DNA from: Planctomycetota bacterium
Lineage (GTDB): Bacteria > Planctomycetota > MHYJ01 > JACQXL01
Reading direction: 5' to 3'
Length of the DNA: 64,000 nt
Assembly (NCBI GenBank): GCA_016235865.1
Contig: JACRIK010000027.1
Span: 26,213-90,212 of the forward strand
How positions within the stretch are numbered: the first letter of the stretch is position 1; each line of letters opens with the position of its first letter. Positions 55,634-64,000 of this stretch are shown piece after piece. The position numbers and the translations under genes are program-made. Below the pieces are notes generated by a model. That model ran no database searches, was not told where the DNA came from, and was given only the letters and a program-made list of their open reading frames with translations.

Positions 55634-56728
55634 ATGTCATTAAAACCAAATGAGGTAAAAACCAGTAACATCGCGACCTATGCGGTCACGACATCAAAGA
55701 TTGCCAAGAGCGCGATAACCACCGATAAGATAGCCGACGGCGCTATTACCAGCGCTAAGTTGCAGGAGGATTGCGTCACTACTAATAAGATAAGTGATAT
55801 GGCAATCACCAATGATAAGATTGCGGATAGGACGATTACCCAGGATAAACTGGTACTGCCGATAATTCCGCCATCGCCGATTACCAGGCCGATTTCGCCG
55901 CAGGTGGAGAGCGCTGAAATCAAGGACGGGGCGATTGTCCGGGCCAAGATTGCCGTCAATGCGGTGGAGAGCGATAATATCAAGGACCTGAATGTCACCA
56001 GCGGGAAACTGGCGTCCAGCGCGGTGACCAACGCCAAGATTGCGGATAACGCAATAACCGCATCTAAGATTGCATCTAATGCTGTGGGTTCGAGCGAGAT
56101 TGCGGCTAACGCAGTTGGGACGAGTGAGATTGCTAACGGCGCCGTGACGCCTGAGAAACTGTCGTTTGTGCCGGGCGGAGCGGTGAGACCGTTAACACCG
56201 CCGGTTACTACAGCAGAAATCGGTGATGGACAAGTGACCGGGCCGAAGATTGCATCTTCGGCAGTAGGCAGTAGTCAGTTGGCAGTAGACAGTGTAATAA
56301 CTGAGAAAATCCTGAATGGCGCGGTTACTGCTGAGAAGTTAGCGCCCGGCGTGGGCGGAGGCGATACCCTGACCATGTTCCCAACGCCACAGACCGCGCT
56401 GGACCAGGGCGGCATCACGGCCACGACCGTACCGGCCACGGTTGACCTTTCCGCAATTATCCCGGTCGGCACCAAGGGCGTGATTGTCTCAATCGCCTGT
56501 ATCACCCAGAGTTATACGGATGGCGGGATGATGGCGTACGTCTTCAGGCAACTGGGCGCGGAATATGCCCTGCAGGTCGGAGCTCCGCCGGTTAATGCGC
56601 CGGGGATTAGTAACGGTGGCTCAGTCCTGATGCCGGTGGCGGCTGATAGGACGTTGCTTTGGCAAGCCTATGTATCAGGAAACAACTCAACCGAGCTGGT
56701 AATCTACATTTTAGGTTATGTTGTATAG
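55634..56728 (+). CDS. Repeat protein, 364 aa: about 20 tandem 11-residue repeats (consensus x-K-I-A-x-x-A-V/I-T-x-x) followed by a Gly/Ala-rich globular C-terminal domain. Phage tail-fiber-like architecture
   Basis: Repeats read directly (KIAKSAITTD, KIADGAITSA, KIADNAITAS, KIASNAVGSS ...). No signal peptide. Confidence 0.6.
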   Translation: MSLKPNEVKTSNIATYAVTTSKIAKSAITTDKIADGAITSAKLQEDCVTTNKISDMAITNDKIADRTITQDKLVLPIIPPSPITRPISPQVESAEIKDGAIVRAKIAVNAVESDNIKDLNVTSGKLASSAVTNAKIADNAITASKIASNAVGSSEIAANAVGTSEIANGAVTPEKLSFVPGGAVRPLTPPVTTAEIGDGQVTGPKIASSAVGSSQLAVDSVITEKILNGAVTAEKLAPGVGGGDTLTMFPTPQTALDQGGITATTVPATVDLSAIIPVGTKGVIVSIACITQSYTDGGMMAYVFRQLGAEYALQVGAPPVNAPGISNGGSVLMPVAADRTLLWQAYVSGNNSTELVIYILGYVV

Positions 56729-56854
56729 GGGTTAGAGGTTAAGAATTGGGACGCAGATTTCGCTGATTTACGCAGATAAATCCTGATAATCTGTAAAATC
56801 TGCGTTTATCTGCGTTCTATTTCTCGGTCTCTGCGGAGTTTATCTGTGGTTACC
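56729..56854. terminator. Convergent-gene spacer composed of cgcagat/atctgcg and atctgtgg octamer units forming nested hairpins (acgcagataaatcctgataatctgtaaaatctgcgt). Candidate bidirectional terminator
   Basis: Inverted repeats read directly. Same unit family as 3137-3347. Confidence 0.4.
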
Positions 56855-58549
56855 TTACACCTCCATCTTCCGGATAGTTCTCAAGCCCAGCCAGACCGAG
56901 AATCCGGTAGTGACGATGGCAATGGCCGAGATGACTATGATACTGATGGTCTGCAGTTTTCTGAAGGTGTCTTCATTGATACGGCTGGTCATATAATAAA
57001 TATGCGAAGGCAGACTGCCGATGACGATAATTGACAGGACATAGAGCAGGGACAGGACCAGGGTCAGGGTGCCGCCGAATCCAGAGACAATCTTGGACGG
57101 GTTATCCTCGCGCATATTGGGATACAAGACGCCTAAGGTCACGGCGATGGATGACAGTCCCAGGCATATCAGCAGGGTCAGGTAGAGATGGTGCAGGAGC
57201 ATAAACGAAGGGACCTCCAGCTGGTATGAGGAGATAAACACCAGCGGTTCGCTGATAAGGATTGAACCGGCTAAAGCAAAGACCAGCTTGCTGTAGAAGA
57301 TATCCTCGCGCTTTAAGGGCATCATGCCAATTATCCAGAACCGTTTGCCTTCCAAACTGATTTGCGGATAGACGAATCGGGTAGTAAAGGTGGCGAGAGT
57401 CAGGGTGGTGGCAATCAAATTGAGCGATGAGACCAGGTACTGCCACATATGTTCCTGCAGGTTGATATAGGGGATATTCTTGATATTGATGAAATAAACG
57501 CCCAGCAGGCCGAAGAAGATGAGAAGTTGGGTCCATTGGGCCGGGTCGCGCAGCAGGGTCTTGATGTCCTTGATGATGACCAGACGCAAAGGCCGGGCCA
57601 GGAATCCGAATGACAGATTGGCCAGCCGGTCCAGGAGCGAGACCGGGTTATATTTCTTGTCACGCCTGGATGAACGCACCAGGGAGTATCCGGTAAAGTA
57701 AAATGCTGAGGCCAGCCAGTACACTACCAGGCTTAGGAATAATACCTGGGCCAAAAGGAGCAGGAAGAAAAACACGGTGTCCGGCAGTCCGGCCAGGTCT
57801 ACGGAGCTGAACAGACCTTGGGTAACCCAATAACTGGGCAGGAGCGGGTTCTGGGCGAATGAGAGATTGCTCATGAATTTCTGCATCCAGCCGGCTGAGA
57901 ACGCAAAACTGGTGCCCCGCAGGCCGGACATCTGGGTGATGATGAAAATCACCGCAATCGCCATTAGGCCGATAAGTCCTATCAGGAGCGCCCGGCGATG
58001 GCGCGGCAGGAACCGGCCGATGACGATGCTGAACAGGCTCCCGATCAGCGCCGGCAGGATGATGAATACGGCTGAAAACAGGAAGGTCCAAACGTAGAAT
58101 AGCCAGTTGGCCTGGCGGTCTATGCCAAAGGCAATCAGGAGCGGCGAGCCCAGGAACAAGAACGCCCAGGAGGAAAAAGCAATGGATTCGGTCAGTTTAT
58201 AGAAGAATATCCGGCCCGGCGAAACCGGCAGTGACATCAGGTAATCCGCCTCGGCGGAATGGAAGAGCGAGGAATAATTGATAATGATATTGCTGATGAC
58301 CAGCATCAGCCCCAGGGCAAAGAAGAACAGGGCCAGAAAGTAGAGCCGGACCACGTCCACAATTTCCTCGACAAACCGGTGGAGGAATCCGAATGATTCG
58401 CGGAAGAATACAAAAATGCTCACCCAGAGGACCAGGGCTGATACCGAGACGATGATGAATTTAAGTTTGTTGTCGTCCAGTTGCTGGGCGGCCTGGTTGG
58501 CCAGGGCCCGGGACCGGAATTTATAAAGCGTGGCAAGTGTTGTCATCAT
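56855..58549 (-). CDS. Polytopic ABC-2-type exporter permease-like membrane protein, 564 aa
   Basis: At least 12 hydrophobic helices. Translationally coupled (29-nt overlap) to the upstream ABC ATPase. Confidence 0.65.
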   Translation of the reverse strand: MMTTLATLYKFRSRALANQAAQQLDDNKLKFIIVSVSALVLWVSIFVFFRESFGFLHRFVEEIVDVVRLYFLALFFFALGLMLVISNIIINYSSLFHSAEADYLMSLPVSPGRIFFYKLTESIAFSSWAFLFLGSPLLIAFGIDRQANWLFYVWTFLFSAVFIILPALIGSLFSIVIGRFLPRHRRALLIGLIGLMAIAVIFIITQMSGLRGTSFAFSAGWMQKFMSNLSFAQNPLLPSYWVTQGLFSSVDLAGLPDTVFFFLLLLAQVLFLSLVVYWLASAFYFTGYSLVRSSRRDKKYNPVSLLDRLANLSFGFLARPLRLVIIKDIKTLLRDPAQWTQLLIFFGLLGVYFINIKNIPYINLQEHMWQYLVSSLNLIATTLTLATFTTRFVYPQISLEGKRFWIIGMMPLKREDIFYSKLVFALAGSILISEPLVFISSYQLEVPSFMLLHHLYLTLLICLGLSSIAVTLGVLYPNMREDNPSKIVSGFGGTLTLVLSLLYVLSIIVIGSLPSHIYYMTSRINEDTFRKLQTISIIVISAIAIVTTGFSVWLGLRTIRKMEV

Positions 58550-59300
58550 TGCATAACAGGAGGAATATATCCTCCAGATTCACCCCGCCCCTGCTCGCAG
58601 GGGCTGGGTTCATCTGTCCGTTGTTGTTTATCTGTTTGTTTTTTAGTTCCTCAAAGGTGCCTTGGGCAATGAGTTTGCCCTGGTGAATCACGCCGATAAC
58701 GTCGGCAATCTCCTGGGCAATGGCCAGAATATGGGTGGACATAAAAATGGTCGTTCCATTCCTGACCAGTTGCTTGAATAATTCCTTAACCACCTTGACA
58801 TTGGCCGGGTCCAGCCCGACCAGCGGCTCATCCACCACAATAAGCCGGGGCTTGTGGAGCACGCCGGCCGTGATGACCACTTTCTGCTTCATGCCCAGCG
58901 AGTAACTCTCGATGAGCTGGTCGATATAGTCCTTCATCTGGAACAGTTCCAGGTAGCGGTCTATTTCTGTATTTAGTTCGTCTTTGGGAATCCCATAGAT
59001 ATGCCCGATGAAATTGAGGAATTCCCGGCCGGATAGTTTTTCGTACAGGAACGGCTGGTCCGGGATATAGGCGATGATGCCTTTTAAGCCCAGCGAATCG
59101 GTGGACATATTTTTGTTGTCTATGAGAATCTCACCCGAGGTGGGCTTTAGCAGTCCGGTAATCATCTTGACCGTGGTGGTCTTGCCCGCGCCGTTCGGAC
59201 CGATAAAGGCGAATAATTTGCCTTCGGGTATCTTAAGGTTCAGTCCGTCCACCGCCTTCTTATTGCCGTAGAGTTTGGTGACACTTTTCAGCTCTATCAT
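58521..59300 (-). CDS. ABC transporter ATP-binding protein (ABC-2 subfamily), 259 aa
   Basis: Walker A GPNGAGKTT, signature YSLGMKQK, Walker B LIVVDEP. Confidence 0.85.
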   Translation of the reverse strand: MIELKSVTKLYGNKKAVDGLNLKIPEGKLFAFIGPNGAGKTTTVKMITGLLKPTSGEILIDNKNMSTDSLGLKGIIAYIPDQPFLYEKLSGREFLNFIGHIYGIPKDELNTEIDRYLELFQMKDYIDQLIESYSLGMKQKVVITAGVLHKPRLIVVDEPLVGLDPANVKVVKELFKQLVRNGTTIFMSTHILAIAQEIADVIGVIHQGKLIAQGTFEELKNKQINNNGQMNPAPASRGGVNLEDIFLLLCNDDNTCHAL

Positions 59301-59302
59301 GG

Positions 59303-60142
59303 TTACTCCCTCATCAAATACAATCCCGGTAAAAGTATTTCCTGTTTGAGTATCTGGCCGTCCGGCGTTATATAGGCCGTATAATTCAGGGGCGATTTGG
59401 CCATCCCCAGGTCGCTGATGACTACTTCGTAGACATCAACCATCCGGTTCTGCCATTCTATCTGGGTGCGGCTTTCCACCCGGGCTTTCAGGGTCTGCAT
59501 GGACGCCCCGAAAGGATTGATACAATTAATAGACCATTCCTTGCCGACCGTCAGGTGCGGCATGGAGACAAAAGGCGACAGGCCGTCCGATACGGTGGAG
59601 TCATCTTTATACGGCAGGTAGCTGGTGGAACTCTTCAGCCCGTCGTAGAGGGTGAATCCCAGCAGCCCGCCTTTTACCTCGCCTGAGATATTATAATTCA
59701 GGAAAGGCCCTTTGGCTGAGAACGAGAATGATTTCAGCTTGTATTTTTCGTCAATCAGGGAATACCCGGAGAATGTCATTTTTGATACGTTGGCTTCAGG
59801 GATGTTCCCGGGTTTGCCAGCTTCTTTCTTTTTATTGCGGCGTTTGGTGTCAAACAAGGCGCTCATCATTCCGGGCAGGTTGATGTCGGTGGAATTGGTG
59901 ATTTTGGTCTGGTTGTTTTCTATGGGCTGGATATCGGTCTGGGACGAGCCGATGCGTGCGCCTCCGAAATAGATGCCCATTTTGACGGTTTTATTCTCGC
60001 CCAGGGATTTGAGGTAGGCCTCGTAGGACGGTTGGGATAAGGCCGGCAGGGCCGGCAGTATTTCCCGACGGATGAATAGGCCGGTCATGATCAGCCAGAA
60101 GACGATGATGCCGGCGGAAATCAGATATCCTTTAGAGAGCAT
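59303..60142 (-). CDS. Membrane-anchored hypothetical protein, 279 aa (single N-terminal TM, extracytoplasmic beta-rich domain), probably an accessory component of the ABC-2 exporter
   Basis: N-terminal ISAGIIVFWLIMTGLFI. A 2-nt gap to the ATPase gene. Confidence 0.5.
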   Translation of the reverse strand: MLSKGYLISAGIIVFWLIMTGLFIRREILPALPALSQPSYEAYLKSLGENKTVKMGIYFGGARIGSSQTDIQPIENNQTKITNSTDINLPGMMSALFDTKRRNKKKEAGKPGNIPEANVSKMTFSGYSLIDEKYKLKSFSFSAKGPFLNYNISGEVKGGLLGFTLYDGLKSSTSYLPYKDDSTVSDGLSPFVSMPHLTVGKEWSINCINPFGASMQTLKARVESRTQIEWQNRMVDVYEVVISDLGMAKSPLNYTAYITPDGQILKQEILLPGLYLMRE

Positions 60143-60161
60143 ATGGTTTAAGGAAGCGCTG

Positions 60162-60521
60162 CTACTTCTTATTTAGTTTCACATAGAGGAGCTGCAGGCC
60201 GGAAATCAGGTTCTGGAAATTAGTTTCTTCTTCCTTGGACAGATTGCCCATGGTCTTTTCCTTGAGCATGATGAGGATGTCGATGATATAGCGGCCCTGG
60301 ATCAGGTCGATTTCCTTTTTCTTGGTCATCGGGTTTTCTATCTGACCGAGTGAAATCAGGGCCTGGGCCGATAACGAAGCTAGGTAGGTATTGAAATCAG
60401 GCGGCGGGAGCTCATGGGGTTCTTTGTCTGCGGCCTGGGCCAGATGCTCTTTTTCTTCAGTGGCCTTCTGTTTCCAATCCTCATCCACCTTTTTCTCGAA
60501 TTTAGTTTTGTCTTCTGTCAT
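60162..60521 (-). CDS. DUF1844-like small protein, 119 aa
   Basis: PPPDFNTYLASLSAQALISLGQ ... IDILIMLKEKT pattern recalled for DUF1844. Immediately upstream of pyrG. Confidence 0.5.
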   Translation of the reverse strand: MTEDKTKFEKKVDEDWKQKATEEKEHLAQAADKEPHELPPPDFNTYLASLSAQALISLGQIENPMTKKKEIDLIQGRYIIDILIMLKEKTMGNLSKEEETNFQNLISGLQLLYVKLNKK

Positions 60522-60522
60522 A

Positions 60523-62139
60523 TTATCTTTTTAACGCCGCCTTTATAAAATCCCTGAATAGCGGGTGGGGCTTAACCGGTTTGGATTTGAATTCCGGATG
60601 GAATTGCACGCCGACAAACCAGGGATGGTCTTTTAATTCTATGATTTCAGCCAGTTCGGTTATCGGCTGGCCCTGCGAATCGTTGATGGTGCAGGATCCG
60701 GCTATGTTAAAGCCCTGGCAGGTGAACTGGTCTTTATAGGTGTTGTTGAATTCATAACGGTGTCGATGTCGTTCCTGGACGAGTTCCGCCTGATACGCTT
60801 TTGAGGCCAGCGAATTGGGCTTAAGTTTGCAGGGATAGGCGCCCAGGCGCATGGTGCCGCCCAGATTCTTTATCTGGCGTTGTTCCCGCATCAGGTCAAT
60901 CACCGGGTGAGGGCTGTTCGGAACGAATTCTGAGCTATGTGCTTCTTTTAGTCCCAGGACATGGCGGGCGAATTCTATGGTGGCGCATTGCATCCCCAGG
61001 CAGATGCCGAAGAACGGAATCTTGTTTTCCCGGGCGTATTTGATAGCCGCGATTTTGCCTTCGATGCCCCGGTGGCCGAAACCGCCCGGCACCAGGATGC
61101 CCCGGACGCCCTGGAGCAGTTTTTCCGCACCTTGTTTTTCCACTTCCTCGCTGTTGACCCGTTTTATCTTAAGCCGGACATTATTGGCAATGCCGCCGTG
61201 CGTCAAAGCTTCGTAGATGGATTTATAGGCGTCCTGCAGTTCCAGGTATTTGCCGACCACGGCGATTTCCAGGGTTTCGTCGGCCTTCTTAAACCGCTCG
61301 ACCATGTCGCGCCATTCCTTGATATTATTATCGCCGCATTTCAGGCAGAGCAGGTTTATGATGGTCTGGTCCAGTTTCTGGTTGGCAAATGTCACCGGCA
61401 CTTCATAGATGCTGAAATCAACGTCTTTTTCCTCGACCACGTGTTCGGGTTTGACATTGCAGAACATGGCCAGCTTGTCCCTCATTTCCTCGGTGATGGG
61501 TTTCTCGGTCCGGCAGACGAGGATATCCGGCTGGATGCCGATTTCCCGGAGTTTGCCCACGCTCTGCTGGCTGGGCTTGGTCTTCAATTCCTGGCTGGCC
61601 CTTAAATACGGTATCAGGGTTAGGTGGATATAAAGCACGTTTTCACGGCCGACCTCAAATCCAATCTGGCGGATGGCCTCCAGAAACGGCAGCGATTCGA
61701 TATCGCCGACTGTGCCGCCCATTTCGGCAATGGTCACGTCCACCGGCTCCTTGGACGGATTCTTCATGGCTATCTTTATTTCGTTGGTCACGTGCGGGAT
61801 GACCTGGACGGTTTTGCCCAGGTATTCGCCGGCCCGTTCCTTGGCAATAACGCTGCCGTAGATCCGGCCGGTGGTGAAATTGGAGAGTTTACTGATTTTG
61901 GCGTTGGTGAAACGCTCGTAATGTCCCAGGTCCAGGTCGGTCTCGGCCCCGTCTTCGGTCACATAGACCTCACCGTGCTGGAACGGGCTCATGGTGCCGG
62001 CGTCAACATTGATGTAGGGATCGAATTTCTGAATGGCGACTTTTAATCCGCGGCTTTCCAGGAGCAGACCGATGGATGCGGTGGTCAGTCCTTTGCCCAA
62101 AGAGGAAACCACGCCGCCCGTTATGAAAATGTGTTTCAT
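60523..62139 (-). CDS. pyrG: CTP synthase, 538 aa
   Basis: [18 protein letters not shown]-terminus and C-terminal glutamine amidotransferase domain (GICLGMQ, HPEF). Confidence 0.95.
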   Translation of the reverse strand: MKHIFITGGVVSSLGKGLTTASIGLLLESRGLKVAIQKFDPYINVDAGTMSPFQHGEVYVTEDGAETDLDLGHYERFTNAKISKLSNFTTGRIYGSVIAKERAGEYLGKTVQVIPHVTNEIKIAMKNPSKEPVDVTIAEMGGTVGDIESLPFLEAIRQIGFEVGRENVLYIHLTLIPYLRASQELKTKPSQQSVGKLREIGIQPDILVCRTEKPITEEMRDKLAMFCNVKPEHVVEEKDVDFSIYEVPVTFANQKLDQTIINLLCLKCGDNNIKEWRDMVERFKKADETLEIAVVGKYLELQDAYKSIYEALTHGGIANNVRLKIKRVNSEEVEKQGAEKLLQGVRGILVPGGFGHRGIEGKIAAIKYARENKIPFFGICLGMQCATIEFARHVLGLKEAHSSEFVPNSPHPVIDLMREQRQIKNLGGTMRLGAYPCKLKPNSLASKAYQAELVQERHRHRYEFNNTYKDQFTCQGFNIAGSCTINDSQGQPITELAEIIELKDHPWFVGVQFHPEFKSKPVKPHPLFRDFIKAALKR

Positions 62140-62286
62140 ATACGGAGTCTAATATTAGATTGTTTTCATGTAAAAGTCAAGTATTTATTGCAATAAATAA
62201 CCCGGACCTGACGCAGGGTTTGTCAGCAAAATCAACCGAATCCGCCGGTTACTATAATATTATAATATAAATAATAATATTTGCAC

Positions 62287-62314
62287 TTGACAAAAAGATG
62301 GCACATGCTATAAT
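62287..62314 (+). promoter_or_regulatory. Sigma70-type promoter for the PHP-domain gene: TTGACA, 16-nt spacer, TATAAT, with an AT-rich UP-like tract upstream
   Basis: Consensus hexamers read directly. ATG lies at 62335. Confidence 0.5.
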
Positions 62315-62334
62315 GTGCTATTTCAAGAGCTAAG

Positions 62335-63138
62335 ATGAAGATAGACCTGCATTTGCATACGACCTGCTCGGATGGTATTTATTCGCCTGAAGCAGTGGTT
62401 AAATTGGCGCATGATAACGGGTTAGATGCGATTTCGCTGACCGACCATGACACCATCGGGGCGTATCAGGACATTGACGGAATAGAAACCAACGGTCTGA
62501 AGATAATCCGCGGGGCGGAAATCACGGCCAACCACGCGGGAAACGAGATGCACATTCTGGGCTATTTTAAGGACGGCCTGAGCGATGATTTGCGGGATTT
62601 TTTGAACAATACCCAGTTCGAGCGGATTAATCGGATAAAGGAGGGATTGAGAAACCTGCGCAAGCATAACATCAACCTGTCCTACGACGAGTTGAATGAA
62701 TTTAACAAGGGAGAAAGTGTCGGGCGCAATCACCTGGCCAACCTGCTGGTGGCCCGGGGTTATACGGCTTCGGTCAAGGAATCGTTTTTGTTATACCTCA
62801 AAGATGAATTGAATATTATACCGCAGTTACTGACGCCGGTAAAAGAGGTGATAGAGATTATCCACAAAAACAAGGGCGTAGCTGTTTGGGCGCATCCGCC
62901 CCATAAGTCCTTCGAGGGCTTTCTGCCGGCCTTTATGGAATGGGGGCTGGACGGCATTGAGGCGTTTAATTACCGCAAGACCACGGCCTTTGCCCATTAT
63001 TACGCCGATACGGCCGCGAAGCATAATCTCTTGATTAGCGCCGGCTCGGACTGGCACGGGTTTGAAGGTGAGATATTCCCGGACAAGGTGTTTTATCAGG
63101 AGGAGATAACCGACAAGTTTGTTAATCTTTTTAGCTAA
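62335..63138 (+). CDS. PHP-domain (polymerase/histidinol-phosphatase family) metal-dependent phosphoesterase, 267 aa
   Basis: MKIDLHLHTTCSDG N-terminal His motif, ISLTDHDT and WAHP. Confidence 0.8.
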   Translation: MKIDLHLHTTCSDGIYSPEAVVKLAHDNGLDAISLTDHDTIGAYQDIDGIETNGLKIIRGAEITANHAGNEMHILGYFKDGLSDDLRDFLNNTQFERINRIKEGLRNLRKHNINLSYDELNEFNKGESVGRNHLANLLVARGYTASVKESFLLYLKDELNIIPQLLTPVKEVIEIIHKNKGVAVWAHPPHKSFEGFLPAFMEWGLDGIEAFNYRKTTAFAHYYADTAAKHNLLISAGSDWHGFEGEIFPDKVFYQEEITDKFVNLFS

Positions 63139-63187
63139 AGGAGTTCATAGCCCAGAGCCGATAGTTACGTAATAGAAAGATAAAGAT

Positions 63188-64000
63188 ATGCTAGACCCTA
63201 AAATCATACTCAAATCGTCATTGGAAGGCCGGGAAATCAGCCCGATTGAAGCGGTTATCCTGATGCAGAGTTATCCGTCCTTTGCCCAGGAAATCCACGA
63301 AACAGCCAACCTGATTAACAAGCGGATTCACCGGGACGTGGTCAGCTTCACCCACAGCAAGAATATCGGCTACACTAATATCTGCCGGTACAGCTGCCGG
63401 TATTGTTCGTTCTACCGCAAGAAGAAGGAGCAGGGCAGTTTTACCCTGGGGATAGACGATATCCTGAAGAAGGTGTCGGAAACGCCCGGCATCAACGAGG
63501 TCTGTATCTACGGCGGGGTTAACACTTCTTTACCGTTTAATTATTATACGGATATGCTGGCCAAGATTGCCAAGAATTTTCCCTCGCTGAGTATCAAGGC
63601 GTTTTCGCCCCTGGAGATATTCTTCATCGGTAAGAAATCTAGGCAGACCGTGGCCGAGGTCCTGAAGAAATTCAAAGAGAACGGGTTAACCAGTCTGCAC
63701 GGCGCTGATGCCGATATCCTCAACGACAAGCTCCGCAAGAAAATCTGCCCGGATAAGATTAAGACGGCCGAATGGATTGATATCATCAAGACCACCCATA
63801 ACCTGGGTATCAAGACCTCGGCCATGATGTTATTCGGGCATCTGGAAAACGAGATTCATATCGCCGAGCATATGGAAATCCTTAGGGACATCCAGAAAAA
63901 GACCCAGGGTTTTACGGAATTTACCCCGATGCCCTTCGGCGAGCACGAGAAGAAGTTGTCTATTCTTGAGAAACTTCTGAAAAGGGGCCGGCGCGAGGAT
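63188..64000 (+). CDS. Radical SAM enzyme of the MqnC/MqnE/CofH family (futalosine-pathway-like), N-terminal 271 aa; continues beyond the window
   Basis: CRYSCRYC (CxxxCxxC) cluster motif about 65 aa from the start, then a TIM-barrel-like segment VCIYGG. No stop before the window end. Confidence 0.7.
   Translation, partial: MLDPKIILKSSLEGREISPIEAVILMQSYPSFAQEIHETANLINKRIHRDVVSFTHSKNIGYTNICRYSCRYCSFYRKKKEQGSFTLGIDDILKKVSETPGINEVCIYGGVNTSLPFNYYTDMLAKIAKNFPSLSIKAFSPLEIFFIGKKSRQTVAEVLKKFKENGLTSLHGADADILNDKLRKKICPDKIKTAEWIDIIKTTHNLGIKTSAMMLFGHLENEIHIAEHMEILRDIQKKTQGFTEFTPMPFGEHEKKLSILEKLLKRGRRED

Noticed and set aside
55055-56037. Minus-strand ORFs antisense to the 264-aa and 364-aa genes (55055..55348, 55678..56037)
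   Set aside because: They are antisense to GC-rich coding sequence. The 364-aa gene's repeat periodicity is on the plus strand.
57102-58097. Same-strand alternative-frame ORFs (57102..57536, 57415..57663, 57660..58091) within the permease gene
   Set aside because: They lie in an off-frame of a 564-aa membrane-protein CDS that has consistent hydrophobic periodicity. Their products are Pro/Arg-rich and low-complexity.

Overview
64-kb chromosomal fragment from an apparently anaerobic, uncultured-type bacterium. Evidence for the lifestyle is class II B12-dependent ribonucleotide reductase, a ferredoxin-thioredoxin-reductase-like protein, a 2-hydroxyacyl-CoA-dehydratase-type activase fusion and a radical SAM MqnC/MqnE-family gene. 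Both strands are densely coding: about 50 CDS and 2 tRNA genes (tRNA-Ser(CGA), tRNA-Arg(ACG)). Recognisable housekeeping genes are uvrB, nrdJ, truD, dus, murD, tadA, a serA/class V aminotransferase/DUF1015 cluster, lpxK, thiE, dapB and pyrG. The accessory content stands out in four ways. (1) Three separate intergenic arrays of 22-bp-period tandem repeats lie at 399-665, 36152-36410 and 47852-48137; each is next to a G/C-homopolymer-run tract. (2) A roughly 46-bp palindromic element is inserted in frame, in opposite orientations, inside uvrB and inside a thiE fusion gene; the two copies share an identical 21-mer. (3) Families of short octamer-based repeats (REP-like) are concentrated in intergenic spacers. 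(4) A visibly AT-rich island carries a Type III restriction-modification system (mod, res) and a co-oriented 615-aa protein of unknown function. This island is followed by a small toxin-like peptide ORF and a GC-rich two-gene module that includes an 11-residue-repeat fiber-like protein. Other notable genes are a 1416-aa double-activase/HgdB-like fusion, tandem paralogs that combine a DUF4190 membrane anchor with a type IV pilin-like segment, an FTR-catalytic-subunit/rubredoxin fusion next to a glutaredoxin-like gene, and a Hanks kinase with an extracytoplasmic C-terminal domain. All domain calls come from motif recognition in the translated ORFs. No database search was run.
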